Of a stretch of DNA of 64,000 nt, positions 48,382 through 60,872 are shown piece after piece. The notes under the pieces were generated by a model. The model did no database searches. It saw only the letters and a program-made list of their open reading frames with translations, and had not been told where the DNA came from. Origin of the DNA: Felis catus (lineage: Eukaryota); assembly GCF_018350175.1 (NCBI RefSeq), contig NC_058383.1:21826001-21890000 (forward strand), read 5' to 3'. Numbering within the stretch: the first letter of the stretch is position 1; each line of letters starts with the position of its first letter. The translations under genes and the position numbers were made by a program.

Positions 48382-49279
48382 TCAGACACAAAGCCGGTAC
48401 TAGGCCTCAACTAGGCCTCGAAGCACTTCCTCACCACCCCGGGCCCCAGCCAGCGGCCGGGTGGCTTTGGCGGACCCTGGGGACGCCGCCGAGGCTCCCC
48501 GACGCTTCCTCTCGCCGTGTGCTCCGCGCTTCTCTCGCCTTTCGCTCCCGTCGCCTTTCGGCCCCGAACCGCAAGAGTAGGCCCGGAAACGGCCGGGCAA
48601 CGGCAAGGGCTTCGGGGCTCTCTTTTTGTTCTGCCCCCCTGCCGCTCTCGGGCCCTCACCCAGCGCCGGCGACACCTCCAAGCCAGCCACTATGGCGGAC
48701 GCGGCCTGGCTTCGGGCGAGCGCCCCACTCCGGGGTCTCTTAAGCAGGGATTGCACGGGCGACGCGCGCGAGGCGGGGCTGGCGTGCGCGGATAGGCGGG
48801 CCGGGAGGCGGGGCCCGTGGCGTCACAAAGCGCACCGGCCCGCCCACGTGACCCCGCGCTTTGTGACTCTGGAGCGCGGAACCTGAAACAGCCGGGAGAA
48901 CGGAAGAAACCATCCGCCCCGAGAGGGAGGGGGCGATGCGTGGAGGGCCGGCTCACGGGGCGGCTCCGGGGAGGGGGGGGGGCGCGGATTTCTCCTGCTA
49001 CCGTGCTGGTTAGTCTCCACCGCAAAGTGGAGTGCCTTGGGGTGGCGGGTTAACTCCCTTTCTCCGCAGTCCCCACCAACTCCCCCAAGTCCACCAGTTC
49101 AAGTAAACATTATGGTTGCTATGCAATGAACTATGGTTGCTATGCAAGCGCCCCCTAGCCTCCCCTTCCAACAAACCAGCCACCTCACGCTCTTCCTAAG
49201 TGGAAATTCTGGAGCAGCCCCCTAACTGGAACTGACCACCACTAGAAAGATTTATTGAGCTCTTGCTATGTATTAGGCA

Positions 49280-49280
<1 letters not shown>

Positions 49281-49312
<32 letters not shown>
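49281..49312 (+). repeat. G32 homopolymer
   Basis: Read directly. Confidence 0.85.
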
Positions 49313-49313
<1 letters not shown>

Positions 49314-50009
49314 GAGTGGGTGGTGGTTAGCGCTGTGTAACTGCCGGCCCCGGAACCCAGTTGTCTTGGTTGGAATCCTAGCTGTGGGACTCTAGATTTA
49401 ACTCCTCCGTCCCTCAGTTTCCTTGGTTGTAGTGCAGTTTAAATGGTACTCGGTCTACCGGCTTGTTATGAATTAAACGAATGAATATGTTTCCATTGTT
49501 TAGGACCACGCCTGGCATATGGTTCATTGTGTCTCACATGTAGCTCAATAAATGTCATTTCAGCAACATCATAAAAACCCCTAAGTGTTCAACACTACCA
49601 TTATCTCCGATTTATAGATGAGGGAACTGAAGCTGGCAATCAAAAACTTTCTGATTTCGCAGAATCGGGGGAATAATGCCTGCTCTGCAGCAAGGTCCGA
49701 AATCCCATTCCTAATTGTAAATGAAGGGAGCTATGCCGAGGACCCCCTCAGTGGATTGGATTATTTTTTTCCTTGGGGGCATGGGGAAGTTATTATTACA
49801 CCCATAAAATTCATACTGTAACAAAATTGCATTCATAAACTGCAGTAACCGCTGCAATTTACAATGCATTTTTCTTATCCTCTCTGGATTTTTACAGGGT
49901 TGGGGTCAGAGAAGTTAAGTCACTGAGAACAACATCACACAGCCATGATGGGACAAAGTTTGCCAGGGATTTCCTAAATACATACACATGGTCCTTACTG
50001 AACTTGGTT

Positions 50010-53000
50010 TATTTGTTTATTTTAATGTTTATTTATTTTGAGAGATAGAGACAGTGTAAACAGGGGAGGAGCAGAGAGAAAGGGAGACACAGGATCTGAA
50101 GCAGACTCCAGGCTCTCAGCTGTCAGCACAGAGCCCCATGCGGGGGCTCGAACCCACGAAGTGTGAGATCATGACCTGAGCCGAAGTCGGATGCTTAACT
50201 GACTGAGCCACCCAGGCGCCCCTATTTATTATTTTTTTACATTTATTTATTTTTGAGAGAGAGCGCCAAGCAGGGGAGGGGCAGAGAGAGAAAGACACAG
50301 AATCCAAAGCAGGCTCCAGGCCCTGAGCTGTTAGCACAGACCCCCACAAGGGGCTACGAGTCATGATTGGTGAGATCATTACCGGAGCCGGTCAGAAGCT
50401 TAACTGACTGAGCCACCCAGGAGTCCATTCCTGAACTTGGTTTAAATCAGTCATCGTCTTGTCAGGAAAATCTTCCCGAGACCACTTTATCCAAATAGGA
50501 TGGCCACAATTCTCTATCTCTTTACTGTTTTAATTTTTTCCCAAGCATTCATTACTACTTGACATGGTATATATTTATTTTTTAATTTTCTGTTCCCCAC
50601 CACAGCAGAGAATAGGGATTTTCTCTCTTTTGGTTATGCGATATACCCAATTCTTAGAACCCCAGCCTTGGGGTGCCCAGTGGCTCAGTCAGTTGAGCAT
50701 CTGACTCTAGATTTTGGCTCAGGTCATGATCCCAGAGTCGTGAGATTGAGCCTGGAGTTGGGCTTTGAGCAGAGCTTGCTTGGGATTCTCTCTCTCTCCC
50801 TCTCTCTCTCTGCCCCTCCCCTGCTCAGGCTCCAAATCTCTCTCTGTCTCTCTTTCTAAAATAAATAAATAGAAAAAGAACCCCAGCCTGGATATAGTGA
50901 GCACTCAATGCATGTGTTAAATAAATACATTTTTATGTGATCCATAGAAAGATCATGGCAGTAAGATTTTGGCCAGTCAAGGGCAGCCCTGGAGACACAA
51001 ATACAATTTAATTCAACCACATCATTAGCACCAGTGCTTTTCACAAATAACAAATTGCTCCCACCTTTATCTTCTTTGGTAACCAAAACTTTCATGCTCT
51101 AGGGTCCATTTCAGAATGGCTGCTTTTCTGGAAAAATCTGTTGAATGAAAGGGGGAACATTACATCTGATGAAAGAAAAGGTGCACAGGAAATGATGTAT
51201 TGTTATCTGTATTCACCACTCTAAAGTGGTAATCTGTGTTCTTTCACTGCTCCTTGGCTAACCCTTCACACTTAATTCAATGCTAATTTAAATCGGCCTG
51301 ATAGAACTCAAAGGGAACCACATCCTTAGGGTAGAGTGTATTAGCATCCTGCCGGAAGAGGAGTATGTGTCCTTGGAAAAACCATAGTCCGTGTTATGAT
51401 TTGTTCCAATGGTTCTCTTCACCCAACAGCCCTTCACAAAGATTTTGGAGCCCTCATTCTGTATCACATCAAACAGGTCAAAATTCACCCACAGCCACAT
51501 TAAATGGCACTTGTGATGGGATTTCACTCAGTTGGTGGCCTAATTGACAAAATGTTACATTTGGTTCATTTCATTAAATCCCTCAACGAATCACAACTTT
51601 GTAAATTTCCATTGGTAATATGGAGCTGATTTCCCTGCCACTTCTTACCCCCCCCCCCCCGCGATATTCTTATAAGCCCTGGAAAAGCCTTTTGTACTGT
51701 ACCTACCTTTCCAAGCTTCTTGTATGTAGCAACTCCGGACCTCCCACCTCCTAGGATTTTAAACTTTTGTCATCCCCAAACCCACTGTACTGTCACATCT
51801 CCACCGAACATATACACTTAGTAGATCTCCTACCTTATTTTAGTATGCCAAAATTTCAGTTTCAGTGAACAGAACTGGGAGACCCAAGAAACTCTGGCAG
51901 TCACCTGCAGGACACTTGTGCTATGCGATCCAGGCTCTGGAAGTTAGAATGGGATCTGTCCTGCCCAGGCTGCTGTATATGTTTATAATCTAATCCCACT
52001 AAGTGCCCCAACAGTGGTCATGTTACCAGATTCTGAGTCTGGCCTCCAGGTTGTCAGCCCAAATTCACAAAAGATAGATCCTTTATATCACCAATGCATC
52101 TTCCCCAGATGGTTGATTACCTTTATCTTTTCTTAATATTGAAGCCTACAAAAAGCTTTGCATTTGAGAGAGAGAGAGAGGAAGAGAGAGAGAGGGAATC
52201 TTTTTTTTAATGTTTATTTTTGAGAGAGAGAGAGAGAGAGTGCAACCAGGGGAGGGGCAGAGAGAGAGAGAGATTGAGAGAGAGAGAGAGAGAGAGACAC
52301 AGAATCTGAAGCAGGCTCCAGGCTCTGAGCTGTCAACACAGATCACAATGTAGGGCTTAAACCCGCAAAGTGTGAGATCACGGAGTCAGACGTTTAACCG
52401 AGTGAGCCACCCAGGCGCCCCTGGACATCATGATTTTAAATTAAACTCCGTAATCTCCTTGAATTATTTGTGTATAGGGTATAACATAAAGCAAAGACCA
52501 TTTTATCCCTTTTAAAATTGTGAAATATATTGTTGTTAAAGGGAGAAAAGCACAAAACATGTATTATGGTTTGATGCAAATTATACATGTGTTTTATAAA
52601 GGGAGTTTTGAGGGCACCTGGGTGGCGCAGTCGGTTAAGCGTTCGACTTCAGCCAGGTCACGATCTCCCGCCCGGGAGTTCGAGCCCCGCGTCAGGCTCT
52701 GGGCTGATGGCTCAGAGCCTGGAGCCTGTTTCCGATTCTGTGTCTCCTTCTCTCTCTGCCCCTCCCCCGTTCATGCTCTGTCTCTCTCTGTCCCAAAAAT
52801 AAATAAACGTTGAAAAAAAAAATTAAAAAAAAAATAAAGGGAGTTTTTATCTTTTGTTTTTTATAATTTTTTAAAAATGTTTATTTATTTTGAGAGAGAG
52901 ATTCAGAGACAGAGCGCAAGCAGGCCAGGGGCAGCGAGCAAGTGGGAGACACAGAATCCGAAGCAGGCCCCAGGCTCTGAGCTGTCAGCACAGAGCCCCA

Positions 53001-53752
53001 ATGCAGGGCTGGAACCCACTAACTGAGAGACCATGACCTGAGCCGAAGTCAGAGGCTTAACCGACCGGGCCATCCAGGCGCCCCTATCTTTTGTTTTTTT
53101 TAACTATTTATATTTTATGGCATTTCCTAACAGATGGAATGATTGTAGTTTTTGTAAGATTTTTGCAACAGTTTACTTGAAATTTTTCATTTTGTCTTCT
53201 TGGCAACATTTTAAAGCACACTTAATTTGCTTAGTTTATTGATTGACCTAAAGTTAAAGGTTATTGATTGACCATAGGAACTTATTTTTTCTGAACAATC
53301 TATAGTATCCCCATTAGTCGATCATTTATTCATTCAACACTCATTCAACTGGAAAAATTATAAAATTGACAATACCATATGTGGGAGATGGAGATCAGTG
53401 GGATCCCCTATGATCACCGGGGGGTATACTTCGGAGCAGTAATTTTGGGAAGTGATTTGGCATTCTCTTGCAAATTTTAGCATTACTATACATTACTATA
53501 CCCTATGAATCAGCAATTGCACTCCTGGGTATATACCCAAGGCAAAATTTGACTCATGTACTTACATGAGAATTTCATGGAAGCTCTCTCTCTCTCTTTT
53601 TTTTTAAATGTTTATTTATTTTTGAGAGAGACAGAGACAGAATGCTCCAAGCTGTCAGCACAGAGCCCGACGCAGGACCTGAACTCACAAGCTGTGAGAT
53701 CATGACCTGAGCCAAAGTCGGACGCTCAACCGACTGAGCCACCCAGGCGCCC
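50010..53752. mobile_element. Can-SINEs at -50010-50222, -50225-50425, +50670-50878, -52147-52421, +52611-52835, -52862-53084, -53585-53752
   Basis: SINE heads and tails; boundaries approximate. Confidence 0.87.
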
Positions 53753-55050
53753 CGGAAGCACTCTGTTTAATAGCAAAAATCTGAAACAACCTAAATGCCC
53801 ATGAGAGGGCAATGGATAACTACATTATAGTCTGTCCAGATAATGGAATGTTCTATACTAGTGAAAATAAATAAAATACCAGTCTATGTAACCACACGGC
53901 AATGGACTCTTTTCAGCTATTCTTGAGTCAAAAAAGCAAGTCTCAGAAGATGACATAAAATACCCTTTCTATGAATTTCAAAATACCCTTTCTATGAATT
54001 TGCTTTTAAGCAAACAATACATTATTTAGCCAGGCATGCAAATGTAACACATCTGAAAACTAGCAACCGGGACATGTGACATTCGGGACAGTGATCACAT
54101 CTGAGATGGGAAAATGATACGGGTAAGGAGCCCAGAGGAGATATGAATTATCAGCAATAAGCTAGTTCTTAGGTGAGTTCAGAGGTAATCGTTACTGCAC
54201 TGAAAATAAAGAATAGTTAAACTAAAAGGGCATAATAATAATAACAGGTCATGAGATTAGGACCATGATTAATGCATTGATGTGCCCCTGAGATTTTATC
54301 TCTCCTTTCTTCCCATCACCAGCAAAGAATCTCACAGAAAAAATGAAGTCTCTTTCATAGAAACAAAAAATAGTTTAGCTCCTTAAACTCTTTTGCAGCA
54401 CTGAATGCCATAGCTGTAAATAAAACTCGTGTTTAGCTTATCCATTTATAATTTGGTTCTCGTTTTCTTGCGTTCAGAAACAATCAGAGAGGGGACTTGG
54501 CCATCAAACTCGTGGAGACCTGAGGACCCGGGACCAGAACATGCCACCAGTGACCTCAAAGCCTCTGCCTGCAGGGAGTTTACAATAAATAAACGATTTT
54601 TAGAGGCTCCAAAACTTGCTGTGTGACCTTGGGAAAGTAACTTAACTTCTCTGGCCCTTGGTTTCCTCCAGGGCCCGTTTCATGGGTCCTATGTGATTGC
54701 GCCTGGTGCAATGCTCTGCTGTCATCATCTTGATATTCCTCATAATTTCCATTTGTCGTCTTCATTTTGCTCCGAGTCCCTCAAGCTCTGTAGGTGATCT
54801 TGGTTTCTTGACTTGTGAAACAGCGTTAAAATAGTACCTTTCTAAAAACAGAAACCAGGGGTTACAGGACGGGGAAGTGAGGGGATGATGTTCAATGGTT
54901 ATAAAGTTTCATTTTTGCAAAAACAAAAAGGAACACAAAAAATTCTAGAGATCTATCGCATAACCGCGTGAATATGCTTAACACCGCTGAACTGTACACT
55001 TAAAAATGGTTAAGATGGTAAATTTTATGTTATGTGTTAAAAAAAAAAAA
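53350..55050 (+). mobile_element. Old L1 3' fragments (53350-54250 and 54855-55050)
   Basis: cagcaattgcactcctgggtatatacccaa; gaactgtacacttaaaaatggttaagatggtaaattttatg L1M 3'-end motif. Confidence 0.8.
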
Positions 55051-55882
55051 AGACAAAAAAAAATAGCACCTTCCTTATGAGGTTGTTAAGACAATTCCAT
55101 GACAGAGCCTGGCACAGAAGCGCCATGGACGTGTTGTTGGGAGAATAAATGCAAGTGGCAAATGCTAGAGAGGTTTCTTTGAAGTTGAAACGCTTCCAAC
55201 TGGGATAAACATAAAAACAAAACAGCTAGCATTTGCCACTCGCGTTTCCTATTCACCACCCTGTGCCAAGTACTTTTAATACAGACTTCCTTAAATCTTC
55301 TCAAGAACCCTGTGAATGGGTCCCAGTTGGTATCTCTATTTTATAAATGCAGCAGTGAGGTTCAGAGAGGTGAGGTCATGTGCTTGAGGTCACACAGGAG
55401 CCGCGATTTAAAAAGGGGTGTGCCTGCATGGGAAGGGCATTCTCTAAACCACTGACTCTGTTTTATTGCCAAGGCATCCTAGAGAGGGGCCCATGGAAGG
55501 GTGCCCTGTCTTCAGGTACGAGGAGCAAAGCCGGTGGACTGCTGTTGGCCCCCCTCTGTCTGTCTTCCACTTATCCTCTTTGGTCGTGCGCTTTTATCTT
55601 GTCTCTGCTCCTAGATGAAGTTCCCAGACCTCCTCATCTGCCTCATCTGTGTCTTTTGTAAGGCACCTGGCAGGTGCTGGGTAATTATTTGGGAAGCCCC
55701 AAAAGGACTCTTGATAAGTGGTTCTGCGTGGCTTCTCCGGCAGTAACAAGCTTGGCAGATTAAAGCAGGGCAGTGGCCTCGAAAGTCCCCTCAGACTCCT
55801 GAACCTCCCTTGAGGAAGTGCAAATGGGGACGCTTGTCAGGCTTTGTGCGTGCCCCTCCCCGACCCTGCTTTCGGGACGCCC

Positions 55883-55948
55883 GATCTGATGGGCCTGGCA
55901 CTGTGCTACGTGCTTGATCTGATGGGCCTGGCACTGTGCTACGTGCTT
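55883..55948. repeat. Perfect 33-bp tandem duplication
   Basis: GATCTGATGGGCCTGGCACTGTGCTACGTGCTT x2. Confidence 0.95.
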
Positions 55949-56794
55949 CACGGGTCCTACCCCATTTCACCTTCTGTGCCCCTGTGAGGTAGGTCTGATT
56001 CTTTTCCTGACTTCACGCAGGAAGACAACAGGCCCCTCAGAGAGGAGCCCAAGGTCACACACTGCAGAGGTGAGGCCGGGGTCACAGCTAGGAGTGACAG
56101 AGCCAGGATTCAAATCCAGTTGGTGAGCTTACTCTCCCGGCCAGGTGTTCCTGGTGGCGTGTGTTACACCTGTGCCTGTCTCAGGGACACAATGTGCCTT
56201 CAGTTTGCTGGCTTTGCTGCTGGAGGACACTGGTCTGGAGGACGGGGATGGGGGGGGGTGAGGGTGGGGAGAGAGAAAGCGCTGATGGCAGAGGCTCTCA
56301 TTCATCTCATAGATACTTACGGAGTGTTCTAGGCGTGGTTCCTGGCTGGCTTCTAGCACTCAGGACACAGCAGGGACGGTGACGGGCAGAGCATTCGTTC
56401 TCCTAGTGTTAGAGAGATAAAGTAAACACCTAGAGGAGCAAAGGGGAGACAGTTATGGAAAGCCGTAAGTATCATGAAGAAAATAAGACAGGGTTAGCCA
56501 GATGGAGAGTGAGGGGGCAGGGAGAAGAAGGGAGACTTTACACCAGACGGATGGCCTCTGTGAGGAGGTGACCTTGAAGCTGGCATTTGAATGACAAGAA
56601 AGAACATGCCAGGGGAAGAAGTCTCTAGGTAGGATGAATGGCAAGTGTAAGAGTCTTGAGGTGAGATTCATGACAGTCAAAAGGCTGGTGCGGCTCAAGC
56701 GTGGTTCGTGATGGGGAGTGACTGGGCTCAGGTCAGAGAGATAAGCAGGGGCCATGTTGGACCATAAAAGCTCTTTAAACAAATAATTGTTTAA

Positions 56795-56819
56795 AGTGTT
56801 TATTTATTTATATTGAGAC

Positions 56820-56860
<41 letters not shown>

Positions 56861-59800
56861 CAGAGAGAGAAAACGAGTGGGGGTGGGGCAGAGAGCAGGA
56901 GAGAAAGAATCCCAAGCAGGCTCCGGGGCTCAAACCCATAAACTGTGAGATCATGACCTGAACCGAAATCAAGAGTCAGACGCTTCACCTACTGAGCCAC
57001 CCAGGTGCCCAGCGCCCCGCCCCCCCTCCACCCCCACCCATACTAACAAATTTTGATTTGAGAGAGGAATGTCCTAAAGGGGTATGAGAACTCAGGGCCA
57101 GCCTATTTTAACGTTCAGGGCCATCTGACTATGGCTGGTTCCATGGGTTCCTACCATCCAAGTTACAGCTGAACTCTGCCTTCTGAAACATCCTGGGAGT
57201 TTCCAGGAAACTGAAGGAGCTCGGGATAACACAGTGTTGTCAGGTGTAGTTTACTTAAAAGACCGAGACGTTGGGTGACACATCCACCGTGGCTCACAGT
57301 CTCTCTCCCACTGGTCACATGACCGGATATAGCTTCAGACAGGTGGAGAAGGATGATCCCAGGACGGCTGTTTCCCCCTGAGGCAACTAGAACCTGTTCC
57401 TCCTGACATGCGGGCTGGTGACATAGATGTGTCAGGAATGGGTCAGAGGCAACCCTAATAGTCCAGTCCTAGAACTTGGTGAAGAGCCAGTGAGTCAGGA
57501 GAAGGAAGCCAGAGTGGGGAATGCCTGTGTTCCAGCACCGACCGTGCCGAGGCACGGAGGTTGATTGCAAATGCGGAGGCTGGGGAGTCTGACTCAGCAG
57601 GTATTTGCAGGACTGGCACGTGAGTCTGACGCACGCAGGATTAAGACCCCCGTTCCAGGTGCACGTGGCTGAGCTCCCGGATGCAGACGCCACAGCCTCT
57701 GGCCTAAGCCGGGCTCCGCCACTGCCTGCAGGAGGGCACGGAGCGAGTCGCGTAAGCTCACCGTGCCCCAGTCTCCTCACCGTCAAATGGAGCTGATGAT
57801 AATAATACCTCATTCATAGGCCGTTGCAAGGAATAAAGCCCCTGAGGGCGGTCCCTGCACGGACTAAGTACCGCAAAAACGTCGGCCACGGTTGCCCATT
57901 TCATTGCCCTTCGGGACTGCCTTGTGAGGAAAGTCTCATGATTATTCAGATTTACAAATGAGAACTGAGGTTAAGTGACGTTTCCAAGGTCATAGTGAAA
58001 GTGTTTTATTTCAAAACAAACAGGAAACAAACAAACAAACAAAGCCAAAACAGAGGCCATTCCCAAATGCTCAAATGATCTGGGGTCCGATGGGCCCGTA
58101 TCACCTGCTGCTCTGCAGACCGGAGGCAGAATGACACCTTTCTTGCAGGGGTGTCTGGAAGGTGAAATGTGGCAGTTAAAGAGTGAGGCAAAATTCCGCT
58201 CCCAGTCATGGCTGAGGATCTCCTCCCAGACGGATCCTGTGCAGACAATAACATTCAACTGGACAAAACGCAAACCCCACCCCCCATACAAACTCAAACT
58301 GTCTGAAGACACAGGGGAACAACCCAACACAGGGAGGTGCCGTCCGGGGTGAGTGTCCCGTTTTCAAAGGTGTGGCAAATCTGTGCTCGAGAGACAGGGG
58401 CCCAAACTCTGCCAGAACACCTGATTTTACCTGCAGGAAGAGCCAGAGGACAGGGGGTGTTGAGTCTGGAGTCCTGGAAGAGGAACATCGAGAGGAGGGG
58501 AGCCCCAAATTCTCTGTATGAGCTCTGCTCGCATCTCGAGCAGACCGCTTGTATTCGTGGCTAAAGCTAAGCAGAGTGAGCCGATGTTCCGGTTGTCCCT
58601 CACCCCTGTGGAGGCAGTCTGCAATTCGAGGTTAGCCAAACTGCCCGCCTGCTTTAAAAAAGAAGAAGAAAAGGGGGCGGCTGGGTGGCTCAGTCAGTTG
58701 GGCGTGCAACTCTTGGTTTTGGCTCAGGTTATGATCTCACGGTTGGTGGGTTCAAGTTCAGGTTCTGTGCTGGCAGCACGGAGCCTGCTTGGGATTCTGT
58801 CTCCCTCTCTCTCTGCCCCTCCCCTGCTCACCATCTCTCTCTCAAAAATAAATAAATATTTTTAAAAAATTGAAGAAGGGGCGCCTGGGTGGCTCAGTCG
58901 GTTGAGCGGCCGACTTCGGCTCGGGTCATGATCTCACGGTCCGTGAGTTCGAGCCCCGCGTCGGGCTCTATGCTGACAGCTCAGAGCCCGGAGCCTGTTT
59001 CAGATTCTGTGTCTCCCTCTCTCTGACCCTCCCCTGTTCATGCTCTGTCTCTCCTTGTCTCAAAAATAAATAAAACGTTAAAAAATAAAAAAAGAAAAAA
59101 AATTAAAGAAAAAAAAGAAAAGAAAAAAGGATGAGACCAGCTGCTATAAAATGATGTGGAAGGATGTTTAAAACATATAGTTAGGTGCAAAGCAAAGACC
59201 AGTGTATAATATGTTCCCAAAGTTATTTATACGTATACATATATATACACAGTACATATGTAAATTTATACACATACAAGTAAATGTATATACACATACA
59301 AGTATTCATGTGCACTTGTATATATCTAGACTAGTTCTGAGAAGCCTGAAAGGATCTACAAACTGGTAACAGTGACTATCTTCTGGGAAGGGAAAATAGA
59401 ATTGAATGGTTGGTCCAGCGATATAGAGGAAGGACCACTTCTTTTTCCCCTTCCTATTTATTTATTTGAGAGAGAGAGAGAGAGAAAGAGAGAGAGTGAG
59501 TGAAGGAGGGGCAGAGAGAGAGGGAGAGAGAATCCCAAGCAGGCTCCACATAGAACCCAATGTGGGGCTCGAACCCCCAAACTGGGAGATTGTGACCTGA
59601 ACCAAAACCGAGTTGGATGCTCAACAGATCAGGCCACCCTTGTGCCTCTCGTTTTGTTGTTGTTGTTGTTTTTAAGGAAGATTCATTGAAGTATAATTTA
59701 CATACAGAAAAATTCACTCCTTTTTAGTTTACACTTGTCTGACTTCTTAAAAAATTTAATGTTTATTTATTTTCGAGAGAGAGAGAGAGAGACAGGGCAT

Positions 59801-60840
59801 GAGCAGGGGAGGGGCAGGCAGAGAGAGGGGACACAGAATCTGAAGCAGGCTCCAGGCGGTCAGCACAGAGCCCGATGTGGGGCTCAAACTCACAAACTGT
59901 GAGATCATGACCTGAGCTGAAGTCAGATGCTCAACCGACAGAGCCACCCAGGCGCCCCTGCACTTGTCTGATTTTTGGCAAAGACATACAATCACGTAGC
60001 AGGCACTGCAGCCAAGATACAGAGTATTTCCATCCACTTCCAAAATTGCTGTGTGCTCCTTTGCAGTCAGCCCCTCTCTACTCCCAGCCCCTAGCACCCA
60101 CTGACCTGTTTTCTGTTCCTATAAATGGGCCTTTTCCAGCTTATCATGTAAATGGAGCTATACAGATTGTTGCCTTTTGAGGCCGGCTTCTGGAAATGCA
60201 TCCTTCTTGCTGTAATAGCAGCAGTCCATTCCCTCCTGTTGCTGACTAATCTTCCGCTGGGTGCATGCCCCGCTGTTGGCATGCTCATCAGTTGACTCTC
60301 TGGGTTACCTCTTGTTCTGGCGTTTATGAATAACACTGCTATACAATTAACGTGTAGGTTTTCCCATGAACATGAGTTTTCATTTCTCTTTGGTTAATAC
60401 CTAAGAATGGGTTATCAGGCCATCTGGTAAGAGGATGTTTGACTTTACAAAAAAGAAAACATGCCGAACTGTTTTCCAAAGCTTCGTTTTGCATTCCCAC
60501 CAGCAATGGAGGAGATGTCCAGTGAGTCCGCGGTTTTGTTAGCACATGGCATCGTCAGTCTTTTTTCTTTTCTTTGTTTTAATTTTTTTTTCAACTTTTT
60601 TATTTATTTATTTTTGGGACAGAGAGAGACAGAGCATGAACGGGGGAGGGGCAGAGAGAGAGAGGGAGACACAGAATCGGAAACAGGCTCCAGGCTCCGA
60701 GCCATCAGCCCAGAGCCTGACGCGGGGCTCGAACTCACGGACCGCGAGATCGTGACCTGGCTGAAGTCGGACGCTTAACCGACTGCGCCACCCAGGCGCC
60801 CCTTTTCTTTGTTTTAATTTTTTAATGTTTACTTATTTTT

Positions 60841-60872
<32 letters not shown>

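Larger units (their letters stand above)
47400..49070. promoter_or_regulatory. CpG island: RBBP6 promoter and long GC-rich 5'UTR
   Basis: Very high GC and CpG density around the start codon; GC boxes; YY1-like CCGCCAT (~48692-48698, minus); E-box CACGTGAC 48845-48852; CRE-like TGACGCCA ~48818-48825; ETS-like CGGAA. TSS not determinable; probably ~48.7 kb. Confidence 0.9.

Noticed and set aside
48057..49053. Overlapping 65-118 aa ORFs in the CpG island
   Set aside because: Expected from stop-codon scarcity in GC-rich DNA; many use non-ATG starts; no recognisable protein
55883..55948. Short direct repeats (also 14839-14893 and ~53958-54001) as CRISPR-like arrays
   Set aside because: Only two copies each, no spacer series, eukaryotic context; simple slippage duplications
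57971..58865. Cluster of 64-119 aa ORFs in GC-richer upstream DNA
   Set aside because: No domain similarity or consistent exon structure; partly MIR/SINE-derived
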